DNA of 61,370 bases, filler included. It is 13 parts of 13 records of this genome, joined end to end, with 100 filler letters (N's around TTAATTAATTAA, not from the genome) between each part and the next. Parts side by side here need not be neighbours in the genome. Positions count along the whole stretch, not along the records: positions 48,943 to 53,734 come from SRR15195285_998; positions 53,835 to 57,750 come from SRR15195285_1000; positions 57,851 to 61,370 come from SRR15195285_1001; 10 more parts are not named here. One strand, 5' to 3'. Positions within the stretch are counted from its first letter, which is position 1. Each line of letters opens with the position of its first letter. A program made the position numbers and the translations under genes. Of the stretch, positions 48,984 through 61,340 are shown one piece after another. The notes below the pieces were generated by a model. The model worked only from the letters and a program-made list of their open reading frames with translations. It was not told the origin of the DNA and ran no database searches.

Positions 48984-51900
48984 ATGGCGGGGCCGTGGCA
49001 GCGGGTCTTCTTGGGCGTGCTCGTGCTTGCCATAAAATGCCTCCCGGCCGTACAAACGGCTGCTAATCCACCGCCGCCACCATCAACGCCCGACCCGGCG
49101 CTCGACCCGGCGCTCGAGTGCGCTCTCAAGATCGTCGCGTTTGATCACGGGTCCAGCCGCATTCGCACCGGCAGCCAAGCGGCGTTGTATGACGGACTGC
49201 GCCTGAGCAAATGCAGCAACGCCCCGTCGCGCCCTGCTCTGAAGCCTCGCGTAGTGTCGCGGTCCGTACCGTCCGCAGAACTGGTGATTTTTGTCGCAGC
49301 GAAGGGAGGCTCTGACAATTCAACTGGCGCCTCGGCTTCCGAGGCATTCGCCACGCTGCTGCGCGCGCGTGATGCTATCAGATCCGCGCCATGCCGCAGC
49401 AGTGAGCAGCGTCGGTGCTCGGCCCTTGTGCACGTTGCTGCTGGCCATTACGACTTGAATGAGACCTTGGAGCTGGACGAGCGCGATGGCGACGCGACGT
49501 GGCTTGCTGAGACTGGCGTTCTCGTTGGGGGAGCCGTGGCACTCAGCAGTGATGATCCTCGCCTGAGCTGGAAGCCCTGGCTGGGTCCGCACGGCAACCT
49601 TACTGGCGCATGGGTCGCTGATCTATCCGCAGTGCTACCACTGCATGTGCAGGAGGCTATTGTGTCGCGCCGCGCTGTCCAGCCGCGTGCATCTTCCACA
49701 CATAGTATGCCTGCTGCTCCAGTTGCTGACTGGGACTACGGTGCTCCACCTCCATTGATCAATCAGCTATTCGTCGACGACTCCCGCATGATTCGTGCGA
49801 GGTGGCCAAACGGTGACCCAGAAACGACCTCAGGAATTTGTTTCCAAAATGGTGTGAGCGCGCGAAATGAAGGATGCGCAGGATGGATTGCTCCCGATGC
49901 AGGGACCGCTAAGCAGCCGTCTGGTATTAGCGTGACACCCGCTGCTGGTGGTTGGCCATGCGCTGGAGACAGTAACAACTGCACAACGCTCAGCCGCAGC
50001 ACACCCAATCGCGGCATGTCGCCAACCTGGGGTTGCACCGACTGTGTGTCTTGCGGCACGTTCGGACCGTACTGGGTAAACGATCCACCGCCCAACCATC
50101 CAGTCTACAACACTCGCTCACTCATGTACGGCTGGACGAACTACTCGACCACTGCCTTCTGGAGCGACATCTTCTCGCGCCCTGCAGGCGTGATCAGCTA
50201 CACTGCGACAAACCGCTCATTGATGCAGCGGTGGAGCTCAAGTAGTATCCGCAGTGGAGCCGTGCACATGTTTCACGGGGCTCTGTGGGGTTGGTGGGCT
50301 TTCAACATTGCATCAGTGGCGACAGAAGACTCCGCGAATGGTCCGCAGATCAACTTTGGTGCGCTCAGCTTGACACCACTAAGACAATGCTAGACCTATA
50401 ACGGAGTTTGTCACCAAACCTGCCATAGTGCGCGACCTGAGCACTTGGCTATGCCTGGTCGTACTGTCCCGCAGGCTACGGTGGATACCAGGAGGCGAGG
50501 GGATGGAGCGTGACGCCCAAGTCGCATTTCTATGTGGAGAATATCCTCGAAGAGTTGGACTCGCGCAGTGAGTGGTTTTTCGACGACGCAACATTCAAGC
50601 TGTACATTTTCCCAAACGTCACGGCCGAGAGACCCATGCGTGACTCGGCTGACCTGCCGCCACAATTTTCATTCTCGCTGCCGGTGCTAAACACACTCGT
50701 CTCCATCCGTGGTTCACGCGCCGTTGGGGAAACAGTCGCCCCACTGCCGGTCGAAAATCTTCACTTGGTCGGCTTTTCATTTTCGCAGACCCGTTCAACG
50801 TTTTTATCGGAACCGTACGAAGTGCCATCTGCTGGTGACTGGAGTGTGTTCCGCGGAGGAGCGATGTCTGTCGAGTCGGCGCGAAACATCTCCATCGAGG
50901 CATGCACCTTCAATCAGACGGGAGGGAACGCGCTGGTGTTCTCCGGTTCTGTAGTTGACAGCCGTGTAGTTGGCAATGAGTTCACCCGGCTAGGCGACTC
51001 AGCAATCGTGCTACTCGGAGCTGCAAGCATTGACGACGGCACGGCTCCGACCTACCCCAACAATAACGCAATTGAGTTCAATCACGTGCACGATTATGGC
51101 GTCTATGGGAAGCAGACCTCTGCTTTTTTCCAAGCGCTCTCTGCGAACACTACCGTACGTAACAATGTAATGCATGGCGGGCCAAGAGCACATATCAAGT
51201 GAGTGGAGTAAAACTCTCATGTACTGTGCATGCGGTGTATTTGCTTACTTGACAGCACTGTGAAAAACACTGAGAAGAGAAATTGACTCCCGCTGTGGCC
51301 ACAGTTTGAACGATGGCTTCAGTGGCGGAAACGTCATCGAGGGTAACCTGCTTTTTGGTTCAGTACGAGAGACGGCTGATCACGGTACGTCCAAACGCAT
51401 CACAAGCAGGGTTGACTTCAGCTCCTGCCTCCAGCAGCCATTCGATGCCCCTTCTCATTCTGCTCAGGCTCGTTGCCTCCGGTAGCTAGCATTGGAGCCG
51501 TATGACCTTCCGCGTCGAGCACGTCGACGCCCGGCCGGACCCGCTAACTGAACTGCTTCTTCGTAGGTCCCATAAACACATGGAATCGCATGCCGTACTG
51601 GACGCTCAACAACGTGGATGACGGGTTTGATGACTGGGAAAATGTCACGAAGCCGCAACCACAAGCGTCGTCTGTCAAGGACTTCGATCGCATCCGACGA
51701 AACCTGGTGTTCACTGACTACGGTGGCACACGTTCTTTGGACCATGACGACGGTTCTCAGATGTTTGTCGACTCGGAAAACGTTTTGATCGGCTCGGGAG
51801 TCAAGAATTTTCTCGGCCACACGAAGCACTTTGTTGGAAACTTGATCCTTGGTGCTGGAGTCGAAGGCATCTCGTGTTACCAGTCAGATTCAGTAGGGGG

Positions 51901-52252
51901 CAATCATCTTTTCGCCAACAACACCTGCCAGTACAGCGAATCCCTGAGTGGGCGTGGGGCCACACATGGTGCCCCGTACAAGACCAAATGTACCAACGAG
52001 ACTGGCCCAGGCACCGCTGCATTCAAGGCGTTTATGCAGAGCAATTCGTGGGCCGCGCAAGGAAACCAATATCTTTCTGCAGATGGTCTCTTTGAGCTCA
52101 ATGCAGCCAAGCCGTGCGTACCGTACACGATGAATCTCCACGAAACCCAAAGGGACACTGGACTTGAGAAAGCAAGCACACAGGGCAGGTTGTTGCATCC
52201 GCGAGATGCGGCAAGGCTAGCACGAAAGCTACTGCAAATGCCAGAGCGCTAG
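48984..52252 (+). CDS. Secreted right-handed beta-helix protein, GH141-like (multi-exon)
   Basis: Signal peptide; FVAAKGGSDN..G...AFATLLRARDAIR, NQLFVDDSRMIRARWPN, GGYQEARG, FYVENILEELDSRSEWFFD, GVYGKQTSAFFQA, DHG/PINTWNRMPY, LDHDDGS. Confidence 0.8.
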
Positions 52253-52360
52253 ACGCCGAGACTTCACCGTGTGCTGATAATGACACGTGCCCTCAGAGTG
52301 GATCGCGTACGTTGCGCTCATTCTGTGCATTTGAAATCCATTGACCATCACACACTCGCG

Positions 52361-53584
52361 CTACACCTTCCTTCTCTTGGCTGCGTCTTCGCTGCGCACT
52401 GCGGCACGGGCTCTTTCTGTAGCGTCGCGCGCGATCGCGGCGCGGCCTGGTAGATCTACGCCACACAATGCAACTGTAACCAGCTCCTGAACATCACTGC
52501 TTACGATGCTCACGCTCCAGGCTCGAGCGTCGGTGTCAGTGCGCGCATGACTATCGGCATAGTAACAAGTCGTGTGACAGCCGACCGCCCACGCAAGTAG
52601 CTGGTAGCGTCGCAACAGGTGTCGCGCACAGAGTTCCGTATGGGCATCGAAGCGGTCCTCGCATCGCGCGTACCGCTGAGCGCGGCGCCCAGCGTTGCGA
52701 GAATGGTTCGCGATCTGCATTCGTGTCCGTGCGCTCCCCTTCCCTTCCTGAGAGCCCGGCGGCCCTGCTAGCGCCAGGTGTTCTGAAACGAGCGCCGACA
52801 TGGCTGCAAGACACACGTCACGCGCCGTCTGCCCGCGGCCGTTGCGCTGCTGTGGGTCGGCGCCGCCCTCCAAGAGTGCAGTGATCACCTCAGCGTGCCC
52901 TTGAGCAGCTGCGTGATGTAACGGTGTGGCGGAACTGAATCGATCACGCGCGTTCACTTCGGAGCCACGCTCGAGCAGCTGGTGTAGGAGATTGACATGG
53001 CCATGCATCGCGGCGCCATGGAGTGGGGTCTTGCCGCCCTGGTGAGGATATGGGAAATTTAGGAGCCGCGCCTGCTCCGAGCGCGCTGACATGTCCAGCA
53101 GGCGGCAGCAGGCGTCTACGTCTCCCGCGACAGCTGTCGACCACAGCTTTGGCACGAGATCGTTGGCTAGCAGAATCAGAGACCCAGATCCGTCGGCCGC
53201 TGCAACCTCGCCAGTGGAACACGTTAGTGCGTCAGCATTGCCATGGTGCGCCACGGCAACGACGTTGGCCGCCGATACCTTCCCGTTGATCAGCGCGTGG
53301 ACGACTGAGTCGCCTTTCGGGAGCCGCGCACACAGATTGTCCGGGCACGCGACGCTTCTGCTCGTCACCTTGTACATCCGCAGCTGCGCGTCCGCTGACG
53401 ACCCTCGGCCGTGGCTCCTCGTGTGCTCGAGTATCGCCTGCTCCAGCTGCACCGCCAGAGCCTCCTCCTCCTCCTTCCCGGCGGCGGCGCCACTTCCATG
53501 CAGCACGGAGCCGATCCGAGCGGAGAGCATGCGGGTGACCTTCTGCCGCAGCTCAGCTGGCACGGGGACCCCCTCCGCCATCAT
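52361..53584 (-). CDS. Ankyrin-repeat protein with an N-terminal TFIIS-central-like domain
   Basis: GKTPLHGAAMHGH and ATPLHHAAAQGH ankyrin repeats. N-terminal LRQKVTRML...LAVQLEQAIL...YKVTSRSV...NL...LINGKVSA. Confidence 0.8.
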   Translation of the reverse strand: MMAEGVPVPAELRQKVTRMLSARIGSVLHGSGAAAGKEEEEALAVQLEQAILEHTRSHGRGSSADAQLRMYKVTSRSVACPDNLCARLPKGDSVVHALINGKVSAANVVAVAHHGNADALTCSTGEVAAADGSGSLILLANDLVPKLWSTAVAGDVDACCRLLDMSARSEQARLLNFPYPHQGGKTPLHGAAMHGHVNLLHQLLERGSEVNARDRFSSATPLHHAAAQGHAEVITALLEGGADPQQRNGRGQTARDVCLAAMSALVSEHLALAGPPGSQEGKGSARTRMQIANHSRNAGRRAQRYARCEDRFDAHTELCARHLLRRYQLLAWAVGCHTTCYYADSHARTDTDARAWSVSIVSSDVQELVTVALCGVDLPGRAAIARDATERARAAVRSEDAAKRRKV

Positions 53585-53834
53585 CGCCGTCACGGAACGA
53601 CGTACGGCTGGGAGTATGGAAAAGTCACTGATAAATGAACTTCACTTCTCTGACCACCTCGGGCCGCTGCTTTTTCTTTCGCATTACTCGTGAAATTGGT
53701 GTTGGTTTCACTCCGTGGAGTGTTGAATTCTGACNNNNNNNNNNNNNNNNNNNNNNNNNNNNNNNNNNNNNNNNNNNNTTAATTAATTAANNNNNNNNNN
53801 NNNNNNNNNNNNNNNNNNNNNNNNNNNNNNNNNN

Positions 53835-56800
53835 GTTGAGGGAGTGTACTTCGCATCGGCACAGGTCTCAGCTACTGAAAGTCCCTCTATAGATGCTCTT
53901 TTGGCCGTAAACGGGCAGCACGACTTCGACAGCACCATATTCTTGTCGGCCGTGTCTGATACCCTCAACATCGCAGGCCTTTTGCGTTTACGTCCAGACG
54001 AATACGTATCTTTGTGGGTTCGCGGCATGCAGCCTTTCACCGTGGGGTCTAGGTCAAGTTTTGGCTCAGTGCTGATTTCCACACCCACGCTTGGACCGGC
54101 ACTTTCTTCAATTTCGTTGCTTGGATATTCAGGAACTCCGATGTCAGTGCAGCACTTTGGGCATGCTCGTGTGCGCGCTGATTCTAGCAATGTCACGCTG
54201 ACAAACGTTTCGCATATGGCGATCGACGTGCGGGTTGCCCGGGAGAAGACCTGCCCCTACGTGGTGGCTTCTGATTTGTCCAGCAGGGACATCCCACCCT
54301 TGAAAATTGCGATTGATCAGTCCGTCAAAGGTACGCAAGGTTCGTATGACATCAAGGCACCTAATGGCGAGATCTTGGTGGGGACTGACGACTTGACTGG
54401 TGCTCTATACCCTTCAGATGGCACGATAATGCCAGCTGCAGGACCATTCTCGTATTCTCGCGTCGGTGCAGCCTCAGGCCGCATAGGCAACGTTGGGATG
54501 GAACAAACTCTGTCTGCGTACATAGAGAACGGAGACATCTCTTTGACTGTGACTGCTCAGGACTACAGCAAGTGTTTGAACGACTGCCAAGGCCGTGGCC
54601 GATGCTATGACGACGGTTCTTGTCTTTGCTGGAGCGGCTATGCTGGTGATGATTGCTCACTGCGCGCCTGCCCGAACCAGTGTTCCGGAAGAGGAACATG
54701 CGACTCGTGGACTGGCACATGCACTTGTGATTATCGATTCGCAGGGGCAGATTGTTCAGCTGTAGCGTGCCCAGAGTTGCAGGCCGGTGGGTTCGAAGCC
54801 TCGCGGCTGGGAGGACAGACGTGCGCATCGTGCCCAGGTGATTCGTTCATTTGTGAAGAACAGTGCAGAGATTATGAAGCTAATGGCAAGACGTGCGCCT
54901 ATGGAGTGTCTGTGCCGTCAATCACAAGTGTAACGAGTATCACGATGACATTCGAATGGGTCTCGACTGCGCTCGTGGGTTCAGTTGCATTGGATGTCGA
55001 TGTAGCGTTCATAGGTGTCGGTACGGCTGCCAGAGTAGATTTTGAGGCTGCGTTCATTTTGGACTTTTCTTCGTTGCTTGGCATTGAACCTGACCGCATC
55101 CGTATAATCGGTATCACAGCTGGTAGTGCAGTTGTCAGCTTTTCTGTACGGCCAGCTGCGGATGGCACAGCACTTGCTGTAGAGGAACTGGAACACGCGT
55201 TCAGTTCTGGTCAAGTTCGGCTCGCTGGAGCAAGTGTGGATGGACTTAGTGGCATCCCAGACGGCAGCGTCGCCGACGATATAGTTGACGCAGTGGCACA
55301 AGTACTGAACATGGAGGACAGACTGCATCTTTTTTCTAGTCCGCGATTTGCCAATCTTTCGGCACCTGCGAGGCTGTGGGAAGCACCAACATGCACAGTG
55401 ACAGTGTACGGCGCAGGAAATTTCTCCGGAAGAGAGGCTACATTTCAACCGGGCAGGTATACAATGAATGACATGCAAGCCCAGGGAGCAAAAAATGATG
55501 ATATCGAATCGCTACGAGTGGGATGGGGATGCGAATGCCAGCTCTGGGCCTCGTCCCTTGGTGGGGCTGGATGGCGCGAAACATTTGCTGCTGGCGACTA
55601 CGATGCAACTATGATCGAGGCAACGTCGGCTGAACTCAATGATGCATCCGCCATGATCGTGACTCAGGTGGCATACGAGCCTGTGCCCACCTTGCTTCAA
55701 GCAACTGTTGAGGTGACAGCGGAGTTGCAAGACTCTCGGCTGTTCCTGGAAAAGATGCTACCATCGGCAAACTACGTAGAACAGGTAGACCCGATGACAA
55801 GTCGCACCGTACACGTTCTGGACGCATATAGAGAAACTAGCGATACGCCTGCAGTTTCGGTGGCGGGATTACAGATGCTCGAGGCGCAACTTGACATCAG
55901 ATGCCCGAATGACTGTTCTGGGAATCATATTTTCTGCGACCAAGACTACGGTTTCTGCAAGTGTCAGCCTGGCTTTTTCCGTGACGACTGCGCTCTGCTG
56001 CAATGCCCTGGAATGTGCAACGGCCGCGGCCGCTGTGACGTCTATACAGGCACATGTGAGTGCTTCAGTGGATACACTGGCATGGGATGCGAAATGATTC
56101 TGTGCGAGCACGATTGCGCTGTAGCACAGCGGTCCGGCGAGTGTGATTACAACACCGGCCTCTGTGAATGTTCTGGACAAGCATATGGTGACCGTTGTCA
56201 GTATCTCCTCTGCCCTGGGAATTGCACCTGGCCCTCTGGCGGTAATTGCAACCCCAGCAATGGTGCATGCGCATGCAACTCTGGGCGCTTTGGGTACGAT
56301 TGTGCCAACATTCTCTGTCCAGGCTCGCAAGAGGCTACTCTCGACATTCTCTTGACGGCTGACCCGAACGAAAAAGCGGTGTGCAGTAGTGCACACATCA
56401 CAACAAGATACTCGATTCTCTACGATGATGACGAGGCCGCTATGGGCGGTCTAGGTCTCGATTGTTCTACAGGCTTGTCTTTAAACATGTGCGAGGATGG
56501 GGGTAATGCCTTCAAATGGGCATGCAAGTGTTCGTGCAGGGGTGAGTGGGATACTCGCCCGTGCTTCACCGGTTCGAGCTTTGCCCAGTACACCGGGGAT
56601 GCCAAATACACAGAAGAAGGTGGCAGGTGCATGGACTGGGATGGTCGTAATGGAGTGGCAGACTCAGTTGAAAACAGGTGTCGGCGGCCGACGCCTCATG
56701 GGCTGCCTAATCCGTATGGGCCCTTTGCACAGCCGTGGGGCGAAGAGCCATGGTGCTATCTCTCACCGAACGATGCTCCGTTCATGCTTACCGTCCGGGA

Positions 56801-57750
56801 TCCTGATGGGACAGTTAATCGTGGAGCAGGCACCCCCCTTGTTGTCGAGTTGCGGCTAGAATATGGTGCGCCAACAAACCGTAGCTGGTTCGAGGGGAGC
56901 CTCCAGGACGCACTATCTAGCGCGCTGCGAATGCCTGCCAGATTCGTCGAGCTGCTGTCGTTTGAGGAGGGCGATTATCCAGCTGCAACGTACAGACTGA
57001 ACCAAAGCTTCACAGGCTGGCCAACGATAGCTGGTGTGGGTTCCTTGCTGGGAGAGCTCACAGGCGAATCGATCGCGGACAACTCAACAGTTCTCGCCGG
57101 AGTCAGTGTGATAGCGGGTGAAGACTTGCTGTTCCCTTCAGTTGATACCGACCGCACCGGACTCTTAAACAGCTCGGAAATTTCGCACATGATGGCTTTC
57201 TTCTTTCAGTACCGAGCGGGTAGACAGTATATTGATAATTTGCGGTCGAGGTTTGGTGGGTATGATCGAAGTGTCGACCTGACAGAGTTCGGGCCACTCT
57301 GGAATTTCTTGAATGGCCGCCTCCGTGACGGTCGCTTGTGCGTCGCGCCAGCGAGGAATGACAGTTCTATCCGCGTGGAACCTTGTGTCGACCTCGGGCA
57401 GATTTCTAGTCGCGGAGAACTGTGGACTGAGGAAGGCTACATCCCCGAACCTCAGCTATGGGAGTCATATAATGCGACCGGCAACTTTCGGGTCATTCAC
57501 AAGAACCGCACCAACGAAACGGCGTTTGGGCTGCAAATGCACTATATGCTACCATTGTACAGCACGCTTCCAGGATTTGATGAGAAAGATGCAGTCCGGC
57601 GAGCTACACAGAACAAAGTATTCGGGTCTGGAACGGCAACTGCTGGCGCGGCGGTGGACGGAGAAGGCTATCGCGCGTACCATGCCACGCGATTCAACAT
57701 CCTTGCAGCTGCAACTGAGTTGTCGTCGTCGTCGTCGTCGTCGTCGTCGT
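53835..57750 (+). CDS. Large extracellular mosaic protein: tenascin-type EGF repeats, beta/gamma-crystallin-like, kringle-like and EF-hand-like segments (partial at both ends)
   Basis: CPNQCSGRGTC...CTCDYRFAGADCS-type repeats; VTVYGAGNFSGREATF...NDDIESLRV; YTG....TEEGGRCMDW...NRCRRP...PWCY; DTDRTGLLNSSE. Confidence 0.85.
57722..57750 (+). repeat. (GTC)n microsatellite, poly-Ser, at the contig end
   Basis: About 9-10 copies of gtc directly before the spacer. Confidence 0.9.
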
Positions 57751-57858
57751 NNNNNNNNNNNNNNNNNNNNNNNNNNNNNNNNNNNNNNNNNNNNTTAATT
57801 AATTAANNNNNNNNNNNNNNNNNNNNNNNNNNNNNNNNNNNNNNNNNNNNGGCGGGCG

Positions 57859-59701
57859 ATGCTCCAGGCGGCGCGACTGCTGTCACCGCTGGCGGCGGTT
57901 TTCTTGGCTGCTCTATTCGCCCTGCTGCTGTCCGAGCGGGTGCAAGCTGGGCTGGGGCCTGGTACCCAGCTCACTACTGCGGGGGCGTTTGGATTTGACG
58001 CGTCGCCCACCTCCACTCGCTGGTTTCCGCAGGTGCTGGACCACTTCGAGAACGGCCCCGCGCCAGAGAAGACATGGCAGCAGGCGTATTACATGAACGA
58101 TGAGCACTGGGACCACAATCCAGCCTCGCCGATCTTCCTATATGTGGGCGGGGAGGGACCGCTCGGCTCGAGCTCTGTCACGAACAACTTCGTCGTTGAT
58201 GTGCTGCCGAAGTACCACGGGCTGCTGTTTGGTGTGGAGCACCGCTACTACGGCTGTCACAACGCCAGCTCTTGCCCGTATACCAAGCCACTTGATGGCA
58301 ATATGCACTTGCAGTCCCTCTCGAGCGTGCAGGCCCTTGCTGATCTGGCTGAGTTTCATACGTATGCTACGGGCCAATATGACATCTCGCCTGAAGCACG
58401 CTGGATTGGCATCGGAGGGAGCTATCCTGGAATGCTCGCTGCGTTCTTGCGCGCCACATATCCTGAGAAATTCGCAATGGCTGTGGCATCCTCCGCTCCT
58501 GTACATGGGGTGTTGGACATGACGTCCTTCGAGGATATCAAGGCCGATGCGTACGCTATGAATGTCGAAGGCGTGCGTGGGTCGGCTGAGTGTGCCACTA
58601 CGATTGCCGATGGCCACAAAGCTGTGAAGGAAAAGCTGCAAAGCCCAGAAGGGCGCGCTGAGCTTGCTACTCTCTTCCCGACATCAGTCCCAGACGTCAA
58701 GTTCCTTGAGGACCCCGACAATCGCAGGACGTTCGCGGGCTGTGGCGTCGCGAACTTTCCCAGCCAGACCAACGACCCTACCTGCGCTGAAAGGCACCAA
58801 GGGCGTGCGTGTGGGATCTCAGAAATCTGTGCGCTGCTAGCTGAGCGCCATGCTGACAGTCCTATCCAGCGCTTGGCGAACCTCTCCGCGGTGCAGCGCG
58901 TTGACAGTGGCAACACCGTACAGAACTCTTCTACCGGCTGCGAAATGGACTGGGAGATGCCGGGTGGTATTCCACCGGGCCCCACCAATTACTGGGGCTG
59001 GCAGACATGCACCGAATTTGGATTTTATCAAACGTGCGAGAACAACACGCAGTGCATGTACACTCAGGGCCTAGTAGGGTTCCTCACCGATCCCTTAAAA
59101 GGAGTTCATCAACGACTTCTGCAGCAGAGACTACAACCTCGCAACGAACCAAACCGTCGCTAAAATCGTGGAGACAAACGAGTATTACCACGGGAAAATA
59201 GCCCAGGCGACCAAAATCGTTTGGGTGAACGGCGATGTTGATCCTTGGCACAAGCAGTCCAATTACAAGGTCAGCCCAGGCCTAGAGCAGCCCGTGCTCC
59301 CACTAGTGCGTGGAGCACGACACTGCGCCTGGATGAGTGTGGCAAAAACTACTGACCAGCTGGCCGTGAAGGAAGCGCGGCGAGAGATCTGGGAGACCGT
59401 CGACAGATGGCTGGCGAAGCCCCAGCCTCCTTCGCCACCGGCTCATCGGAAGTTGTTGCTAGGGTTCCTAACGTTGAAGGCGCTGCTCTTGCTACTCGCA
59501 GCAGCTCTCATTTGCGCTGGGTGTTGTTGCTGCCTCATGCAGAAACGGATGACACCGATCCGAAACTTGCTTTGTCCCTGCTGCTCCTGTCGCTGCTGCT
59601 CAGAGCCTCTGGAACAGCCATGGCAGCGAGGGCGAGCCGGGCTCGACGATCCTCTCAACGCTGGGCCAACAGATGTTGACAGCCTGAAAGCGAGCTGGTA
59701 G
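57859..59701 (+). CDS. Serine carboxypeptidase S28 family (PRCP/TSSP-like) with a C-terminal TM anchor; frame break near 59074-59101
   Basis: QVLDHF, PIFLYVGGEG, EHRYYG, QALADLA, catalytic GGSYPG, AVASSAPV, WQTCTEFGFYQT, NGDVDPW, GARHCAWM. Confidence 0.92.
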
Positions 59702-59916
59702 ACGTTCTGCCGGTGTTCGACTCGCAGGACTACAGAACCGCTACTACGGGTAGTGCTGCTGCAGTTCAGGTGTTGAGATAGAAACCAGAGCAGATCGACA
59801 ATGAAAATCCAATCCAGTCCAGTCTAGTCCACAATGCCTCCCTGTATCTCTAGAGGGCATAGATTACAAAGGTCTACACTGTACGTGGCGACCGCGACGT
59901 CATCAGCGCACAGGTG

Positions 59917-61234
59917 CTAAGGGGTTGGGGCCGATTTGATCAACCCAGCTGCGACCTCCAGAGCAAGGCACAGTCCAAATACAAACCCAAGCCAACCGCA
60001 GTAGCTCGCCAGCTGCGTCGATAGCAGCGACTGGGGAGGCTCCTGACCTGATGGCTGCGGCAACGGCAGCTCTCCCCCAGCCGAGGCGGCTGCAGAGCCT
60101 GCCACAGGCGTGGCACCAGTACCGGTTGCTGCCGCAGGTGTTAGCGCTGCTCGGTAATCGAGAAAGGTACCAGCAACACGGACGCAACCGAACCATGCGG
60201 CAACCTCCGGCCTGTTCCCGATCCGACACCGAGAATCGGTCAGTCAATCATCAACAATGATGGGTTTGATTTACTTGGGCAGCGGTAGAGAGCTCAGTAG
60301 GGCCCTCACCTGAAGACGCCCGAAGCGAGCAGTAGTAAGATAGTCGGAGCGTATTGCTCGTTCAGGATCTGGTAGCCACGCAGGACCCGGTTGCATGCCT
60401 CAGCATGCTCAGGGATGACGTCCTCTGGCAAATATACCTGCCACTCGCTTACGCCGTACCTGTCCCGGATACGTCCACGGCGCGCACAAATGCTGGCGTG
60501 AGAAGGAGCACGCGTGCATGCGCGGGCGCGCGCTCTCGCTCGCAATGTCGCGTTGGGTAGCGCGACTTACTGTTTTCGCGCGGCCGCGGCCTGCGTGGCG
60601 GCGTACTGCAGCAGCACGGTAGAGAGCAGCGCCACCGCCAACAGCCATCCGTGATTGGCCTCCAGAGCCAGCTGTGCACCCAGGGAGTTTGGGGGGAAGT
60701 CGTTCGAAGTCCTCTTGGGCGTGTAGTGCCAGTACTGGTCGGAGCTGTACAGGAAGAGACCGGCAGCCACGACCGCGGCAACGGCCAGCGCGATCTTTGC
60801 GTTGTTTTGGACCTGCGCCTCGGCGGCGGCCTTCTTTGCGTTGCGCTTCTGCTGCTTCTGGAATTGCTTCTTGAAGTATTCAGCGTCACCCGCACCAGTA
60901 TAGTTGGCCGGGTCGATGCCTTCGCCAGGCTTCATCGGATTGGTCCCGGGCGACTCTGGCTCGTTCGCGGTGCCTCCGGCCTCGCTGTTCTCCGCGTCCT
61001 CTGCAGCCGCACGGCGGCGGCAGGTGGCACGAGGAAAGCAGGAAAGTCGAAGCGGAAAGGGTCAGGCGGTCGCACAGCAGAGCAGAGCAGAGCAGAGCAG
61101 TGCGCACCGAGATCGCCCATGCTGAGCACGCCGTTGGCAGATAGCGTCGCGCCAACGCTCGGGGTCGGTGACGCCGCCGCCTCCCCATCCCCACCCTCGC
61201 CCAGATCGTCGAGCGACCACACGTGGCTGCTCAT
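59917..61234 (-). CDS. Divergent MAPEG (MGST3-like) membrane protein with an N-terminal extension (about 4 exons)
   Basis: Spliced HGWLLAVALLSTVLLQY...AARK...RYGV...NRVLRGYQILNEQYAPTILLLLASGVFRPEVAAWFGCVRVAG parallels MGST3 YGFVLL...ARKKYKV...[36 protein letters not shown]. Confidence 0.65.
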
Positions 61235-61340
61235 CGCTCCCCCCGCCCTCCTCGTCCCTACGCCGCTCGTTCCAGCACACCACACCACCCGCCACCCACC
61301 ACCCACCAGCACACCACCCACCACCCAGCACACCACACTA

